From positions 1-37,504 of IMG/VR virus record IMGVR_UViG_3300031953_000065: a stretch of 37,504 nucleotides of DNA; one strand, written 5' to 3'. Below the pieces are notes generated by a model. That model was not told the DNA's origin, made no database searches, and saw nothing but the letters and a program-made list of their open reading frames with translations. This stretch comes from a virus (taxonomy: Duplodnaviria > Caudoviricetes). Position numbers and translations under genes: made by a program. Below, one piece after another: positions 24,971 to 33,446 of the stretch (position 1 is the first letter of the stretch; each line of letters opens with the position of its first letter).

Positions 24971-25055
24971 AGCCCGCTTTGCCCCTATTTATTGGAAGTT
25001 ATCTTTTCCGAATAAAATAAACTTAGTTATTACTTAAGATTTATTCGATTTAATT

Positions 25056-25085
25056 AGGTTGTTAGGTTATAACTATATATATTCG
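25056..25085 (+). promoter_or_regulatory. Promoter of the plus-strand cassette
   Basis: AGGTTGTT-N14-TATATTCG (near TAnnTTTG); spacer contains GTTATAAC as in the 11426-11456 promoter. Confidence 0.6.
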
Positions 25086-25115
25086 CATATGTTTAATTTT
25101 AAAAACCCCTCGATT

Positions 25116-25211
25116 ATGAAACTTTCAAAAATTATCAGAAACATTATTTTATTTGCAATCGTTATTTTGCCTATCGTTTTAATCTTTGTAAAGGGCATCC
25201 CAAATGATTAA
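25116..25211 (+). CDS. 31-aa membrane peptide MKLSKIIRNIILFAIVILPIVLIFVKGIPND
   Basis: Hand-translated; first ORF after the promoter; preceded by AAACCCCTCGATT. Confidence 0.6.
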   Translation: MKLSKIIRNIILFAIVILPIVLIFVKGIPND

Positions 25212-25377
25212 CAGTTACTCTAAAGTTTACCAGTACGATAGCGACGGCCTTTTGAAAATCTGGCCGTCAATCAAATCAATTACGGACGCGGGGTTCCGTC
25301 AGTCCTCTATTTACAAATGCCTGAAGGGGCGCCAACAAAAAGCCGGTGGGTTCCATTGGTTCCCTGAAAATATTTAA
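25204..25377 (+). CDS. Stand-alone NUMOD1/IENR1-type DNA-binding domain protein (57 aa)
   Basis: Hand-translated KVYQYDSDG.LKIWPSI......GF.QSSI.KCLKGRQQKAGGFHW. Confidence 0.8.
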   Translation: MINSYSKVYQYDSDGLLKIWPSIKSITDAGFRQSSIYKCLKGRQQKAGGFHWFPENI

Positions 25378-25379
25378 TT

Positions 25380-25766
25380 ATGGAAGCAAAAGAATTTCGC
25401 ACGGGAAACCTATTGAACTACACAACCTCTGAAGGGGATATACTGCCTACTTCTTTGGATTGGCAGGACTTGAAATGGCTCGAAGAAGACCCTGAAGGAT
25501 TTGAACCAGTAAACGGTTACATCCCGTTGACCGAAGAATGGTTATTGAAATTTGGGTTTGAAATTGTTTATGATTCAGTCTATAGAACTAGATATGATTT
25601 ATCTGAAGACTATAGGTTTGGTTATGATTTTAATAAATTAACTAATTTCGTTTCAAAAGGATGTAGGTTTAAAGGATATTATTTCAATCATATCCTTTAT
25701 GTTCACCAAATCCAAAACCTATATTTTTCATTAACAGGAAAAGAACTTGATTATGGGAGAATGTGA
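25380..25766 (+). CDS. Conserved Bacteroidota phage protein
   Basis: EFRTGN...IPLTEEWLLKFGF...YVHQIQNLYFSLTGKEL family pattern. Confidence 0.85.
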   Translation: MEAKEFRTGNLLNYTTSEGDILPTSLDWQDLKWLEEDPEGFEPVNGYIPLTEEWLLKFGFEIVYDSVYRTRYDLSEDYRFGYDFNKLTNFVSKGCRFKGYYFNHILYVHQIQNLYFSLTGKELDYGRM

Positions 25767-26046
25767 AGAAGAAATAATTCGCAGAATAATAGCCCAGCAA
25801 AATAATAAATTAGACGAAATGATAAAGGCGGCTTTAGCTGATAAAGGATATATTTTTAAAAGTATTTTCGAGTTAAAACCCTTTGCTAAAAAGTATTGCC
25901 GGGTTGAAATAAGGGATAAAATACATACTTTATTTGCAAGAGATGAAGGAATCTGCCAATGGTCTTTTTGTGAAAATCCCATCGAAATTTCAAAGGAAAA
26001 TTTTTCAATAAGCATTACCACTAATTTCTATTTTAAAAAATTATGA
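25753..26046 (+). CDS. Hypothetical protein (ATG at 25753)
   Basis: Overlaps both neighbours; AT-rich. Confidence 0.7.
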   Translation: MGECEEEIIRRIIAQQNNKLDEMIKAALADKGYIFKSIFELKPFAKKYCRVEIRDKIHTLFARDEGICQWSFCENPIEISKENFSISITTNFYFKKL

Positions 26047-26219
26047 GTAACCTCGAAGAAGAAAACAAAGCCCTTAAAAAAGTGCTGCATGAAGCTTCAA
26101 TGGCCTTAGTTCAATTCCGGGTCATTGTGGCCATGGAACGGTTGTTCGATGGGGCTGCGGCTTTTGAAGACGCCGATAAGGAAGCAAACGAAATTATCGA
26201 TAAAATAAGCAAATTATGA
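26043..26219 (+). CDS. Hypothetical 58-aa helical protein MSNLEEENKALKKVLHEASMAL...
   Basis: Hand-translated; ATGA overlaps on both sides. Confidence 0.75.
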   Translation: MSNLEEENKALKKVLHEASMALVQFRVIVAMERLFDGAAAFEDADKEANEIIDKISKL

Positions 26220-26494
26220 CTGAAGAAAATTTAATAAAAGCAAACGCGCTAAAGAAAGAAATTAAGAGTTTAGAAATGTTTTTATTCGCATTAGGCGATG
26301 GTAATGGGGCTGTATTCTCAACTTCAAAAATATCTGTAAAACTAATAGGCAGAATAAATTTAAAGTGCTTTAGAAGTTTTGGAATAGGTAGCTGGAATAA
26401 AGAAATTATACTGCCTAAATCTATATATCAAGATATAGGTAATATATCAAAAAATAGATTACGCGAATTAAAAACAAAATTAAGCAAATTATGA
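26206..26494 (+). repeat. 14-bp direct repeat TAAGCAAATTATGA at 26206-26219 and 26481-26494
   Basis: Exact match, each copy at a stop/start junction. Confidence 0.8.
26216..26494 (+). CDS. Hypothetical AT-rich protein (92 aa)
   Basis: ATGA overlaps; bounded by the 14-bp repeat. Confidence 0.75.
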   Translation: MTEENLIKANALKKEIKSLEMFLFALGDGNGAVFSTSKISVKLIGRINLKCFRSFGIGSWNKEIILPKSIYQDIGNISKNRLRELKTKLSKL

Positions 26495-26808
26495 AAGAGC
26501 CAAAACGCTTGACCGCCGAAATCAAAAAGACCCTCGGGCCTGTTACCGGTTCCACTACCGACGAAGACATCCGTGTCTGGTTTAATTATAAAAACGTGAA
26601 TTCCTATTCGTCTAGCCCGAAGAAGCCATGGATTGAAAACGGGCTTTTGTGTTTTTTGGATCGCGTGAAAGCTAATTTTATTTTGATCCCGAAAGATGAA
26701 GGAAAAGCCATTTTAGCAGCGTTTGAAGACCTGGCCCGTATTTCAGTTAATGAAAGTTTAACCCCTGAAGAAGAGGAAATTATTGAGGCTATTAAAAAAC
26801 AGTTGTAG
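26491..26808 (+). CDS. Hypothetical protein (105 aa)
   Basis: ATGA overlap; backbone-like codon usage. Confidence 0.75.
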   Translation: MKEPKRLTAEIKKTLGPVTGSTTDEDIRVWFNYKNVNSYSSSPKKPWIENGLLCFLDRVKANFILIPKDEGKAILAAFEDLARISVNESLTPEEEEIIEAIKKQL

Positions 26809-26823
26809 TTGAGGTTGTTGATT

Positions 26824-26906
26824 TGAACGGAGCCGTATATAAAAAGCGGCTTTACGTGCAGAGAATTTCAGCCGTTTTTTATATGCGTTGTTAGCGGTTC
26901 GGTTTT
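26824..26906. repeat. attC-like imperfect inverted repeat
   Basis: AAC(26826)-GGAGC-CGTATATAAAAAGCGGCT-N18-AGCCGTTTTTTATATGCG-TT-GTTAGCG; 18-bp arms with two G.T mismatches. Confidence 0.6.
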
Positions 26907-26933
26907 TATTATTAACAAATTAATTACAAATAT

Positions 26934-27296
26934 ATGAACACTTTAGAAATAAAATTTAGAGGTAAAGGAATCAGTAGAGGAGAATGGGTTTACGGTGACT
27001 TATTAAGACTTGTTTTAGGTGGTAATATCCATTGGTATATTAAACCATTAGATTCTAAAAGAATGGAAGTAGATATTAAAACAGTAGGTCAATACATAGG
27101 AAAAATTAAAACTGAACAAGAAATTTACATTAATGACCTTGTTCAACACGGTGAAACTATTAGAATTGTTGAGTATAGAAATGGGAATACTTGTTTAATT
27201 AGGCAGAATAAACAAGATACTATTTTATTGTCTTTTTCCGCAAATCCTAAAAAAGTAGGGAATATTTTTGATAACCCAGAACTTCTTAAAGAGTAG
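26934..27296 (+). CDS. YopX-family protein
   Basis: EIKFRGK...GEWVYGDL...TVGQYIG...EIY..DLV...VGNIFDNPELL. Confidence 0.9.
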   Translation: MNTLEIKFRGKGISRGEWVYGDLLRLVLGGNIHWYIKPLDSKRMEVDIKTVGQYIGKIKTEQEIYINDLVQHGETIRIVEYRNGNTCLIRQNKQDTILLSFSANPKKVGNIFDNPELLKE

Positions 27297-27343
27297 CCTT
27301 AAACTGCGCTTAATTAGTTATGTGAACACACCCCCCCTCTTAG

Positions 27344-27679
27344 ATGCACAAAGAAGATTCATTACAGATGGCCGTTGCCCGATATTTAGACTTCCTTAAT
27401 GTTACATGGTGCCATGTGGCAAATGAAAGGAAAGCCAGTTTTCAAGCTGGGGCAAGACTCAAAAAGAAAGGCGTTAAACCCGGTGTCCCCGACTGTATTA
27501 TATTCCAAGCGAACGGAACCCATAACGGCTTGGCCTTGGAATTAAAGATAAAACCCAATAAGCCCACGGACAATCAAAAAGAATGGTTGGGAAAGCTAAA
27601 AAAGCTTAATTGGAAAGATGCGGTTGTGTATTCTTTTGATGAAGCGAAAGTGGTTATCGACGAATATTTTAAGGCCTAA
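27344..27679 (+). CDS. VRR-NUC domain nuclease
   Basis: E..LQ, HVANE, GVKPGVPDC, LELK, QKEW (PD-D/ExK). Confidence 0.9.
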   Translation: MHKEDSLQMAVARYLDFLNVTWCHVANERKASFQAGARLKKKGVKPGVPDCIIFQANGTHNGLALELKIKPNKPTDNQKEWLGKLKKLNWKDAVVYSFDEAKVVIDEYFKA

Positions 27680-27702
27680 ATAACCCATCTTTCGGAATAA
27701 AG

Positions 27703-27948
27703 TCAGTCGCGCATTTTTTTTATGATATACCGTATGTTCCGTTCGCTCTGCTTGAATTCCTCGGCCGTGTTTGTTTCCGCTTGCGCCTTGGTCTTGGTTT
27801 CCTTTTCCTGTATCAAATAGAACTCGAAGATAAGTTTGTAGGTCACAAAGGCCGGTGGGATTATTCCAAGCCTTAAAAGGTCCTTGAAATTGCCCAAGGC
27901 TTCGGCTTGTTTGATGGCTTCGTAGGTGGTTTGAGGGGTTTCTACCAT
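27703..27948 (-). CDS. Small HTH protein (possible late-gene regulator)
   Basis: C-terminal TAEEFKQSERNIRYIIKKM HTH. Confidence 0.7.
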   Translation of the reverse strand: MVETPQTTYEAIKQAEALGNFKDLLRLGIIPPAFVTYKLIFEFYLIQEKETKTKAQAETNTAEEFKQSERNIRYIIKKMRD

Positions 27949-28184
27949 TTTTTTAAATCACATTGTTCGTTCTTGCTTCTTATTTTAGTCGATAGGGGAC
28001 AACCGCATTCGCCGCATTTCAGGCCTTTTATCTCCTTGAGCGAATAATCCGGCATCAGTTTTTCGTAGGATCCAATCATGGCCGCCGGGCATACCTCGCA
28101 AATCGCGGCCCGCCGTTTTTCTTCGGCCGTTGTCGCCCCGGAAAAATAATGTTTCCACCCTTCGGTTATGTTTTTAAAATTCAA
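27942..28184 (-). CDS. Cys-rich metal-binding protein
   Basis: R.AICEVCP...CGECGCPL..K.RS....C...KW. Confidence 0.8.
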   Translation of the reverse strand: MNFKNITEGWKHYFSGATTAEEKRRAAICEVCPAAMIGSYEKLMPDYSLKEIKGLKCGECGCPLSTKIRSKNEQCDLKKW

Positions 28185-30697
28185 AATATAGATCCTTCTT
28201 TTATTTCGGCGTATTTCCCTTGCCCGTCGTTTATTTCGGTAACCGCGACCCGTGGCGCCGGCATGGATGACAAGGCTTGCATCAGCGAACTTGTCAGGGT
28301 GTCGTAATTGATCCCGCTGTTTACACTTTTTTTAATCATGCCACCCGCGGCGGCGTAGCGTGTTGACTTGGAAAGCGCGTCCCCGCCGGTCATTTGGTTT
28401 ATGTTGCTTAATGAGTTAATAAGGCCAGACGCTTTCTTGTTCACGACGTAGATATTCTCGCCGCCTTCGGCCTCTACCATTGGCGACCCGCTAGAATTAT
28501 AAAGGGTTTCACCACCGGCATTGTGCGATTTCCCTTCCAGGGTGATCCCTTTCGCGGCTTTTGGTATCTTAGGTTTTTCGGTGCTGGTTATTTTCTGCAC
28601 GGTCTTAAGTCCCGCGGCTACCGCGGCGGCGGCTGCTATTGCTCCCAAGGCCGGCCCTACTACGGGAATTCCAGCCATGGCACTGTAAGCGCTCGTCGCT
28701 GATTTATAGGTTTCGATGGTCGCCTGGGCTATCGCGGCGGCTTTTCCCGCGGCGCTTTCTTTTCCCAAGATATCGACAAGGCTTCCAAGGGTATCGGACG
28801 CGACGCTGAGTTTGAATTGTGATTTTTCGGACTCGATGTCCTTATCGATTTCAGCATATTTCTTGTTGATGAGGGCTTTGTCCGCTCCTGTTTTTTCTGC
28901 ATTTTCCAACTCCAATTGTTGTTGGATCCTAAGGCGTTCTTTTTCGACGTCCAGACTTCCCAAATAGTTTTCGGCTTCAATGGCCATCCTGTTTTCAAGG
29001 TCGGTCGCTTTGCGCTCCTTCTCTATGGCTTCGATTTCTTTTCGCGCTGCCAGGCGTTCTTTTTCCTTTTCGATTTCCTTATTGGCGTATTCCGTTACAA
29101 GTGCCGATTCTTGTTCCAAATATCCGTTCTTGGTTTGAAGGCTTGCCAAATCAAATTCGGACTGTGTCAGTTTTTTGGCTGCCAGTTCGTCTTTTAATAG
29201 TGCCAGTTTTTTGTCCCGCAACTGTTCTTCGAACGACAATCCTTCTTCAAGGCTTGCCGCTTTGCCCTTGTTTTCCTCGATGAATATCTGCAGGCGCGTA
29301 CTGCTTTCCTTTATCGCGGCGGCGGTTGCGGCTTCGGCGTTTTTAATGGCTGCATCGGCGGCGGCTTTTCTTTCCGCGGCCCGTTCGGTGTTCGCGGTCT
29401 TCGCTATGGAATTTAGTTTATTTTGCGCTTCCTTCGTCTTGCTCGCTTCTTCTTGTAAAGCTTGGTCTATTTCTGCTAATTTGGTAGCAAGGGCGGCGCG
29501 TTCTTCGTCGCTGGTATCATTGGAAAGCATTTTTAAGCGTAATATTTCGCCTTCCTGTTTGACGCGTTCAATAGTTCCCGCCGATAGTTCCGCCTGGGCT
29601 GCGATGGCCCTTTCCGCGGCGGCTTCCCGTATTGCCGTGCTTTGCGTTTGGTCATCTGCCAGCTTGTTTTGTTGCTCGAATTCCTTTCTCAATTTTGCTT
29701 GCAGGGTAATATAATCGGCTTCGGTTTTGGATAGGTTCTGTTTTAGGGTTTCGATTTCCTTCCCTCGCTTCCAGGCCGCATCGAACGATTTAGAAACCTT
29801 GTCCCCGGCATCCCCCATGTCCTTGAAGAAGGCTTTGAACGTACCCCCTGAAAAGAGGTCAGATAACGCTTTCCCTGTTTGCTCGATAGCCCCTTTCATT
29901 TCTCCGAAAAGTTCCTTGAGCGGGGTCAATACCATGTTCACCTTGTTGATCCCTTCCTGGGTTGAGGCGAAGTAGGTTATAAGCGTCCCCAATACGACGA
30001 CAATGGCCCCAATTCCCGTGGCAATCAAGGCAAGCCGTAATATTTTCAGCCCACCACTTAACGCGGCCGAAGCGACGTTGGCCGCTATTTGGGCCTTCGT
30101 GAATCCGGCCGTGTTCACCTGGGCTTTTTGGTAATCCGTTTTCACGGCTTTTAAGGAAGTGGATAAAAACATCATTAAAGGACCCCCGGCGCTGGTCACG
30201 TTGTTAACTACGCCTTGGGCCTGTCCGAACAACCCGCTTTGTTGGATGGCATCTTTGAAACTATTGGTATAGTTCCCTACATTCCTGGTGTTATCCCCAA
30301 GGCCGCCTTCGAGTTCCTTCAGGCGTTCCCTGGTTTGTTTTGTTTTTTGTGCCAGCTCTTCGGCGCCTTTTGAGTTTTCGCCGTACAGACTCGCCTGTTT
30401 CGCCCATTCCTTGTTCAATACCGATAAAGCGACGCGCCCTTGTTCCACGGTGGTTATTTCTTTGCCCTTCAGGTTGGTCAGCTTTTGCACTTCCTTTTGT
30501 GCGCTCTTGTATTCCGTATTAGCATTGTCATAAGCGCCGCGGGCCTTAACAACCTCTTCGGTTGAAGACGCCGAAGACTTGCGAAGTTTGTCGTATTCAA
30601 GCTTCAGCACGTCGGCGCTGTCCCTCAGCTTTGCGGTGCTTTTTATAGCCGCGTCGACGTCGATATTCAGTTCGAACAATTTGATTTTTTCTGCCAT
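28181..30697 (-). CDS. Tail tape measure protein (838 aa); start reassigned to MAEKIKLFEL at 30697
   Basis: RNVGNY motif, ALIATGIGAIVV hydrophobic segment, long A/E/K helices, G.SH..GG and EAEGGE C-terminus. Confidence 0.9.
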   Translation of the reverse strand: MAEKIKLFELNIDVDAAIKSTAKLRDSADVLKLEYDKLRKSSASSTEEVVKARGAYDNANTEYKSAQKEVQKLTNLKGKEITTVEQGRVALSVLNKEWAKQASLYGENSKGAEELAQKTKQTRERLKELEGGLGDNTRNVGNYTNSFKDAIQQSGLFGQAQGVVNNVTSAGGPLMMFLSTSLKAVKTDYQKAQVNTAGFTKAQIAANVASAALSGGLKILRLALIATGIGAIVVVLGTLITYFASTQEGINKVNMVLTPLKELFGEMKGAIEQTGKALSDLFSGGTFKAFFKDMGDAGDKVSKSFDAAWKRGKEIETLKQNLSKTEADYITLQAKLRKEFEQQNKLADDQTQSTAIREAAAERAIAAQAELSAGTIERVKQEGEILRLKMLSNDTSDEERAALATKLAEIDQALQEEASKTKEAQNKLNSIAKTANTERAAERKAAADAAIKNAEAATAAAIKESSTRLQIFIEENKGKAASLEEGLSFEEQLRDKKLALLKDELAAKKLTQSEFDLASLQTKNGYLEQESALVTEYANKEIEKEKERLAARKEIEAIEKERKATDLENRMAIEAENYLGSLDVEKERLRIQQQLELENAEKTGADKALINKKYAEIDKDIESEKSQFKLSVASDTLGSLVDILGKESAAGKAAAIAQATIETYKSATSAYSAMAGIPVVGPALGAIAAAAAVAAGLKTVQKITSTEKPKIPKAAKGITLEGKSHNAGGETLYNSSGSPMVEAEGGENIYVVNKKASGLINSLSNINQMTGGDALSKSTRYAAAGGMIKKSVNSGINYDTLTSSLMQALSSMPAPRVAVTEINDGQGKYAEIKEGSIF

Positions 30698-30699
30698 GG

Positions 30700-33243
30700 T
30701 TATCGGGTTACATTGATTAAAAGGATGTCTGTACCGGTCGCGCCCAGGTCGTCGGTCACGGTCAGTTGTATTTCGTAGGTGCCCAGGTTCTCGTCGCCAT
30801 GCGGAAGGTTGAGGACGGCCCCCGGTGTTTCCGTATTGGCATCTGCTAGGGTCGCGGTGTTCCCGACGGGGCTGTTCAATATTGCCCAAACATAACTCAC
30901 GATCTGGTTCGTGTCCGAAGACCCGGCGCCGGTCAGGCTGGGATAGGAAACGGCCGTCAATATCGGTCCAAGCTGCACGTTTTGATCCGGCCCGGCATTT
31001 GCTATCGGTGCCTGGTTAAAGTATTCGTTCACGCTCGCGTTGATGGTTCCCTCTACCGTGGAGAATTGCAGGCTCCCGGTGTCTTTTATCTTGAAGGTCC
31101 AAGCCGCCGCATGCGGGTTTGTCGTGGTCCCCGCATCTTCTATCGTTACCGGGAAATCCGTTGCCTGTATTTCGGTTACCGTGTTTATGATGGCCCCCGT
31201 TTTGTCCTTGAGCAATACGGCCGCATTGAACCCCCCCGTGAATTGCACCGATTTCGCGGGGTCGAATTCGGGATCGAAATAAAGCGGGTTCGTGAAGTTG
31301 GTCAGTTGATTTATTGTTAACAGTTTCGAGGCTTTATAATTCAATACAATATTAAAAACCCCCAAAACGGTCGGGGCCAGGTTTTCTGAAAATTGGGTGA
31401 TCTCTACCAGTTCGGCATCGCTCAAAAATCCGGGGGTGTTGCTTACCCCGTTCAAATAATAGAAGCGGCCGGTCTGTTTGAAGTATTTTAGCCTGAAGAA
31501 ATCCAGGTTGTAAATATCCAGTTCATTAAGGTTCATGAGCGCGGCGCGGTTCTTTGCGCGGCTGGTCAGGTTTTCGAATGCCTGGTAATAGTTCCCGATA
31601 TAATACTGAAGGGAAATGTTGTTCAACGACAAATACGCCGGGTTCGTGGCATCAACCCCCGTGGTTTCTCCAAAGAGTTTCAGCGTTACCGGTGTCGAGT
31701 TCCTGAATATCCGGAACAACTTAACGGGGGTTTGCAGTTCCTTTTTTACCGGGGTCCCGTCCTCAATTTCCTCTTTCCATATCGGAACGGAATACAACGG
31801 CGTTTGGTTCAAAATATAACTTTTATTGGCTATTTCATAAGGCGAGGTCCATAACGATTTCAGGGCCGGGGCGTTATCGTTATCAACTATGATAAAACCA
31901 TTATGTGTAAAGTCCGTTACCTCGCTTGGATATTTATAGGAAATCTCGTTTTTCTTCGCGTAGTCGATCCCGTAGGTTTCCGGTCCCAAAGCCGATAGTT
32001 TTTCAGACCAATCTTCAGCCGTGTCCCTTCTGTTCAACAAGTCCTCGAATTGCACGAACTCATAAGCGGCGGCGTTGCGTATCGGTTTCATAAGTAGGCC
32101 ATAGCGCTGCATTATGTCGCGTATAAAATCAAGCTGGTCCATTTCGGAAACCATCAGGGCGAAATCAATCAGCTGACCCCCCGTTACCTCTTCGGCGGTC
32201 GCGGTCGCGCTTAGGGTATATTCCACGGTAAACTGTTCGAAGTTCTGCGAGTTGGTGTCAGTGGCATCCACCATCAGCGAGATAACGTCCCCGGCGGCCA
32301 CGTTGAAAACAACGTCTTGGGTCGCGCTGGTTTCCAGATAACTCAAACTAAGCCATGCACGCGTCGAACCGTTGACCAACGTCCTCAATCTCAGGTAGGT
32401 ATTTTGCCCGCATTCATAAGTAACGGATAAGGACAATTTCAAAACCCCCGTAAAATCTACCTGAAGGGCGCCGGCGTTCAATGATAGCTGCGTGGCGTTA
32501 TCCAAATCAAAATTTAACGGGTCTTCATATTTTACGCTGTTTTGGGTTTGCTCGAATTTAGTGATCTCTTCGGTCCCCACATTTCCCAGTGAAGTACTGG
32601 CGCTGGCACTGTCCAAAACCTCATATCCTTTTGCCGGTGCCGTTACCTCTGTTTTAAAATCGGCGTTGATATCGAAAAACTGGCCCAAGTAATCAATCCC
32701 GGCCTGTGAGAATATCATATCCCATACCGTGGAAATAAAGAGGGACGGTGCCTGGTGTTCTGTTTTGAAAGCACTGAAGCTTTTGTACCCAAAATCGGCA
32801 AGGGCGTAAATGTACCCGCTGTCCGTTGCCATCGAAGCGACCGCCGCCGTGCTGGTCAGGTAGTGATTAACCGCCGAAAAGTCCAGTTCGTTTAATTTTT
32901 TCCCTTTCAAGGCTTCGGACAAATCTATAATGCCGTCGTAAATTACAAGTTTATACCCCGTGAAGCTTTCCTTTATCACCGCGTTTCCCTTTGTTATCAA
33001 CGGCACGCCCTCAACGTAGTAATCGACGCTTATTTTCCGATAGGGCTTCAGGCTGGTATTGCCATTGACCCCCAGGAAATCCATCAGCGCGACGTTCTCC
33101 GGGCAATCGGGCAAGTCAATGGTATTGGAATAGTTGGCGCGCCTATCCTTTACCTCTGCTATGTCGTTAATCAGCAAGTTGCGACGAATAGACGAAGGGC
33201 GAAGGGTTGCTTTTTTGCCGTTTAAAAGAAGTAATTCATTCAT
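30700..33243 (-). CDS. Baseplate hub/Tal-like tail protein with C-terminal cadherin-like and PKD domains
   Basis: INDIA.V..R.ANYS.TI.LP..PEN N-terminus; LDFF.LKY..Q....YYLN; NQAPIANAGPDQ...IVSY.W...GTY..QLTVTDDLGAT. Confidence 0.8.
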   Translation of the reverse strand: MNELLLLNGKKATLRPSSIRRNLLINDIAEVKDRRANYSNTIDLPDCPENVALMDFLGVNGNTSLKPYRKISVDYYVEGVPLITKGNAVIKESFTGYKLVIYDGIIDLSEALKGKKLNELDFSAVNHYLTSTAAVASMATDSGYIYALADFGYKSFSAFKTEHQAPSLFISTVWDMIFSQAGIDYLGQFFDINADFKTEVTAPAKGYEVLDSASASTSLGNVGTEEITKFEQTQNSVKYEDPLNFDLDNATQLSLNAGALQVDFTGVLKLSLSVTYECGQNTYLRLRTLVNGSTRAWLSLSYLETSATQDVVFNVAAGDVISLMVDATDTNSQNFEQFTVEYTLSATATAEEVTGGQLIDFALMVSEMDQLDFIRDIMQRYGLLMKPIRNAAAYEFVQFEDLLNRRDTAEDWSEKLSALGPETYGIDYAKKNEISYKYPSEVTDFTHNGFIIVDNDNAPALKSLWTSPYEIANKSYILNQTPLYSVPIWKEEIEDGTPVKKELQTPVKLFRIFRNSTPVTLKLFGETTGVDATNPAYLSLNNISLQYYIGNYYQAFENLTSRAKNRAALMNLNELDIYNLDFFRLKYFKQTGRFYYLNGVSNTPGFLSDAELVEITQFSENLAPTVLGVFNIVLNYKASKLLTINQLTNFTNPLYFDPEFDPAKSVQFTGGFNAAVLLKDKTGAIINTVTEIQATDFPVTIEDAGTTTNPHAAAWTFKIKDTGSLQFSTVEGTINASVNEYFNQAPIANAGPDQNVQLGPILTAVSYPSLTGAGSSDTNQIVSYVWAILNSPVGNTATLADANTETPGAVLNLPHGDENLGTYEIQLTVTDDLGATGTDILLINVTR

Positions 33244-33446
33244 AAATTATAATGCTTTTCCAATGCTTTTTTAATTTGACTCCAAGTAAATACAGTATTC
33301 ATATATTCTGGATTTAATTCTTTTTCCAAATGCTCAACAACATCTAATTCTATAATTGAACAATTTTTAGCTGTTAAACTATCTTTTCTGTCTTCAATGG
33401 CAATTACACCAGACATTTTTAAAATGATATTGTAATTCATAATCAA
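33240..33446 (-). CDS. Hypothetical AT-rich protein inserted between tail genes
   Basis: ATGA overlaps on both sides. Confidence 0.65.
   Translation of the reverse strand: MIMNYNIILKMSGVIAIEDRKDSLTAKNCSIIELDVVEHLEKELNPEYMNTVFTWSQIKKALEKHYNL

Noticed and set aside
25731-26021. Minus-strand 96-aa ORF
   Set aside because: Shadow of plus-strand 25753..26046, which is coupled to its neighbours
25005-27701. TTTCCGAATAAA (25005-25016) and TTTCGGAATAAA (27690-27701) as a target-site duplication of the inverted cassette
   Set aside because: Only 11 of 12 bases in AT-rich DNA; too weak without comparative genomes
30698-30889. 64-aa N-terminal extension of the tape measure ORF, and similar extensions of 6220..6552, 6456..6866, 12267..12854 and 14077..14808
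   Set aside because: They overlap upstream genes extensively; downstream ATGs sit right at the upstream stop codons
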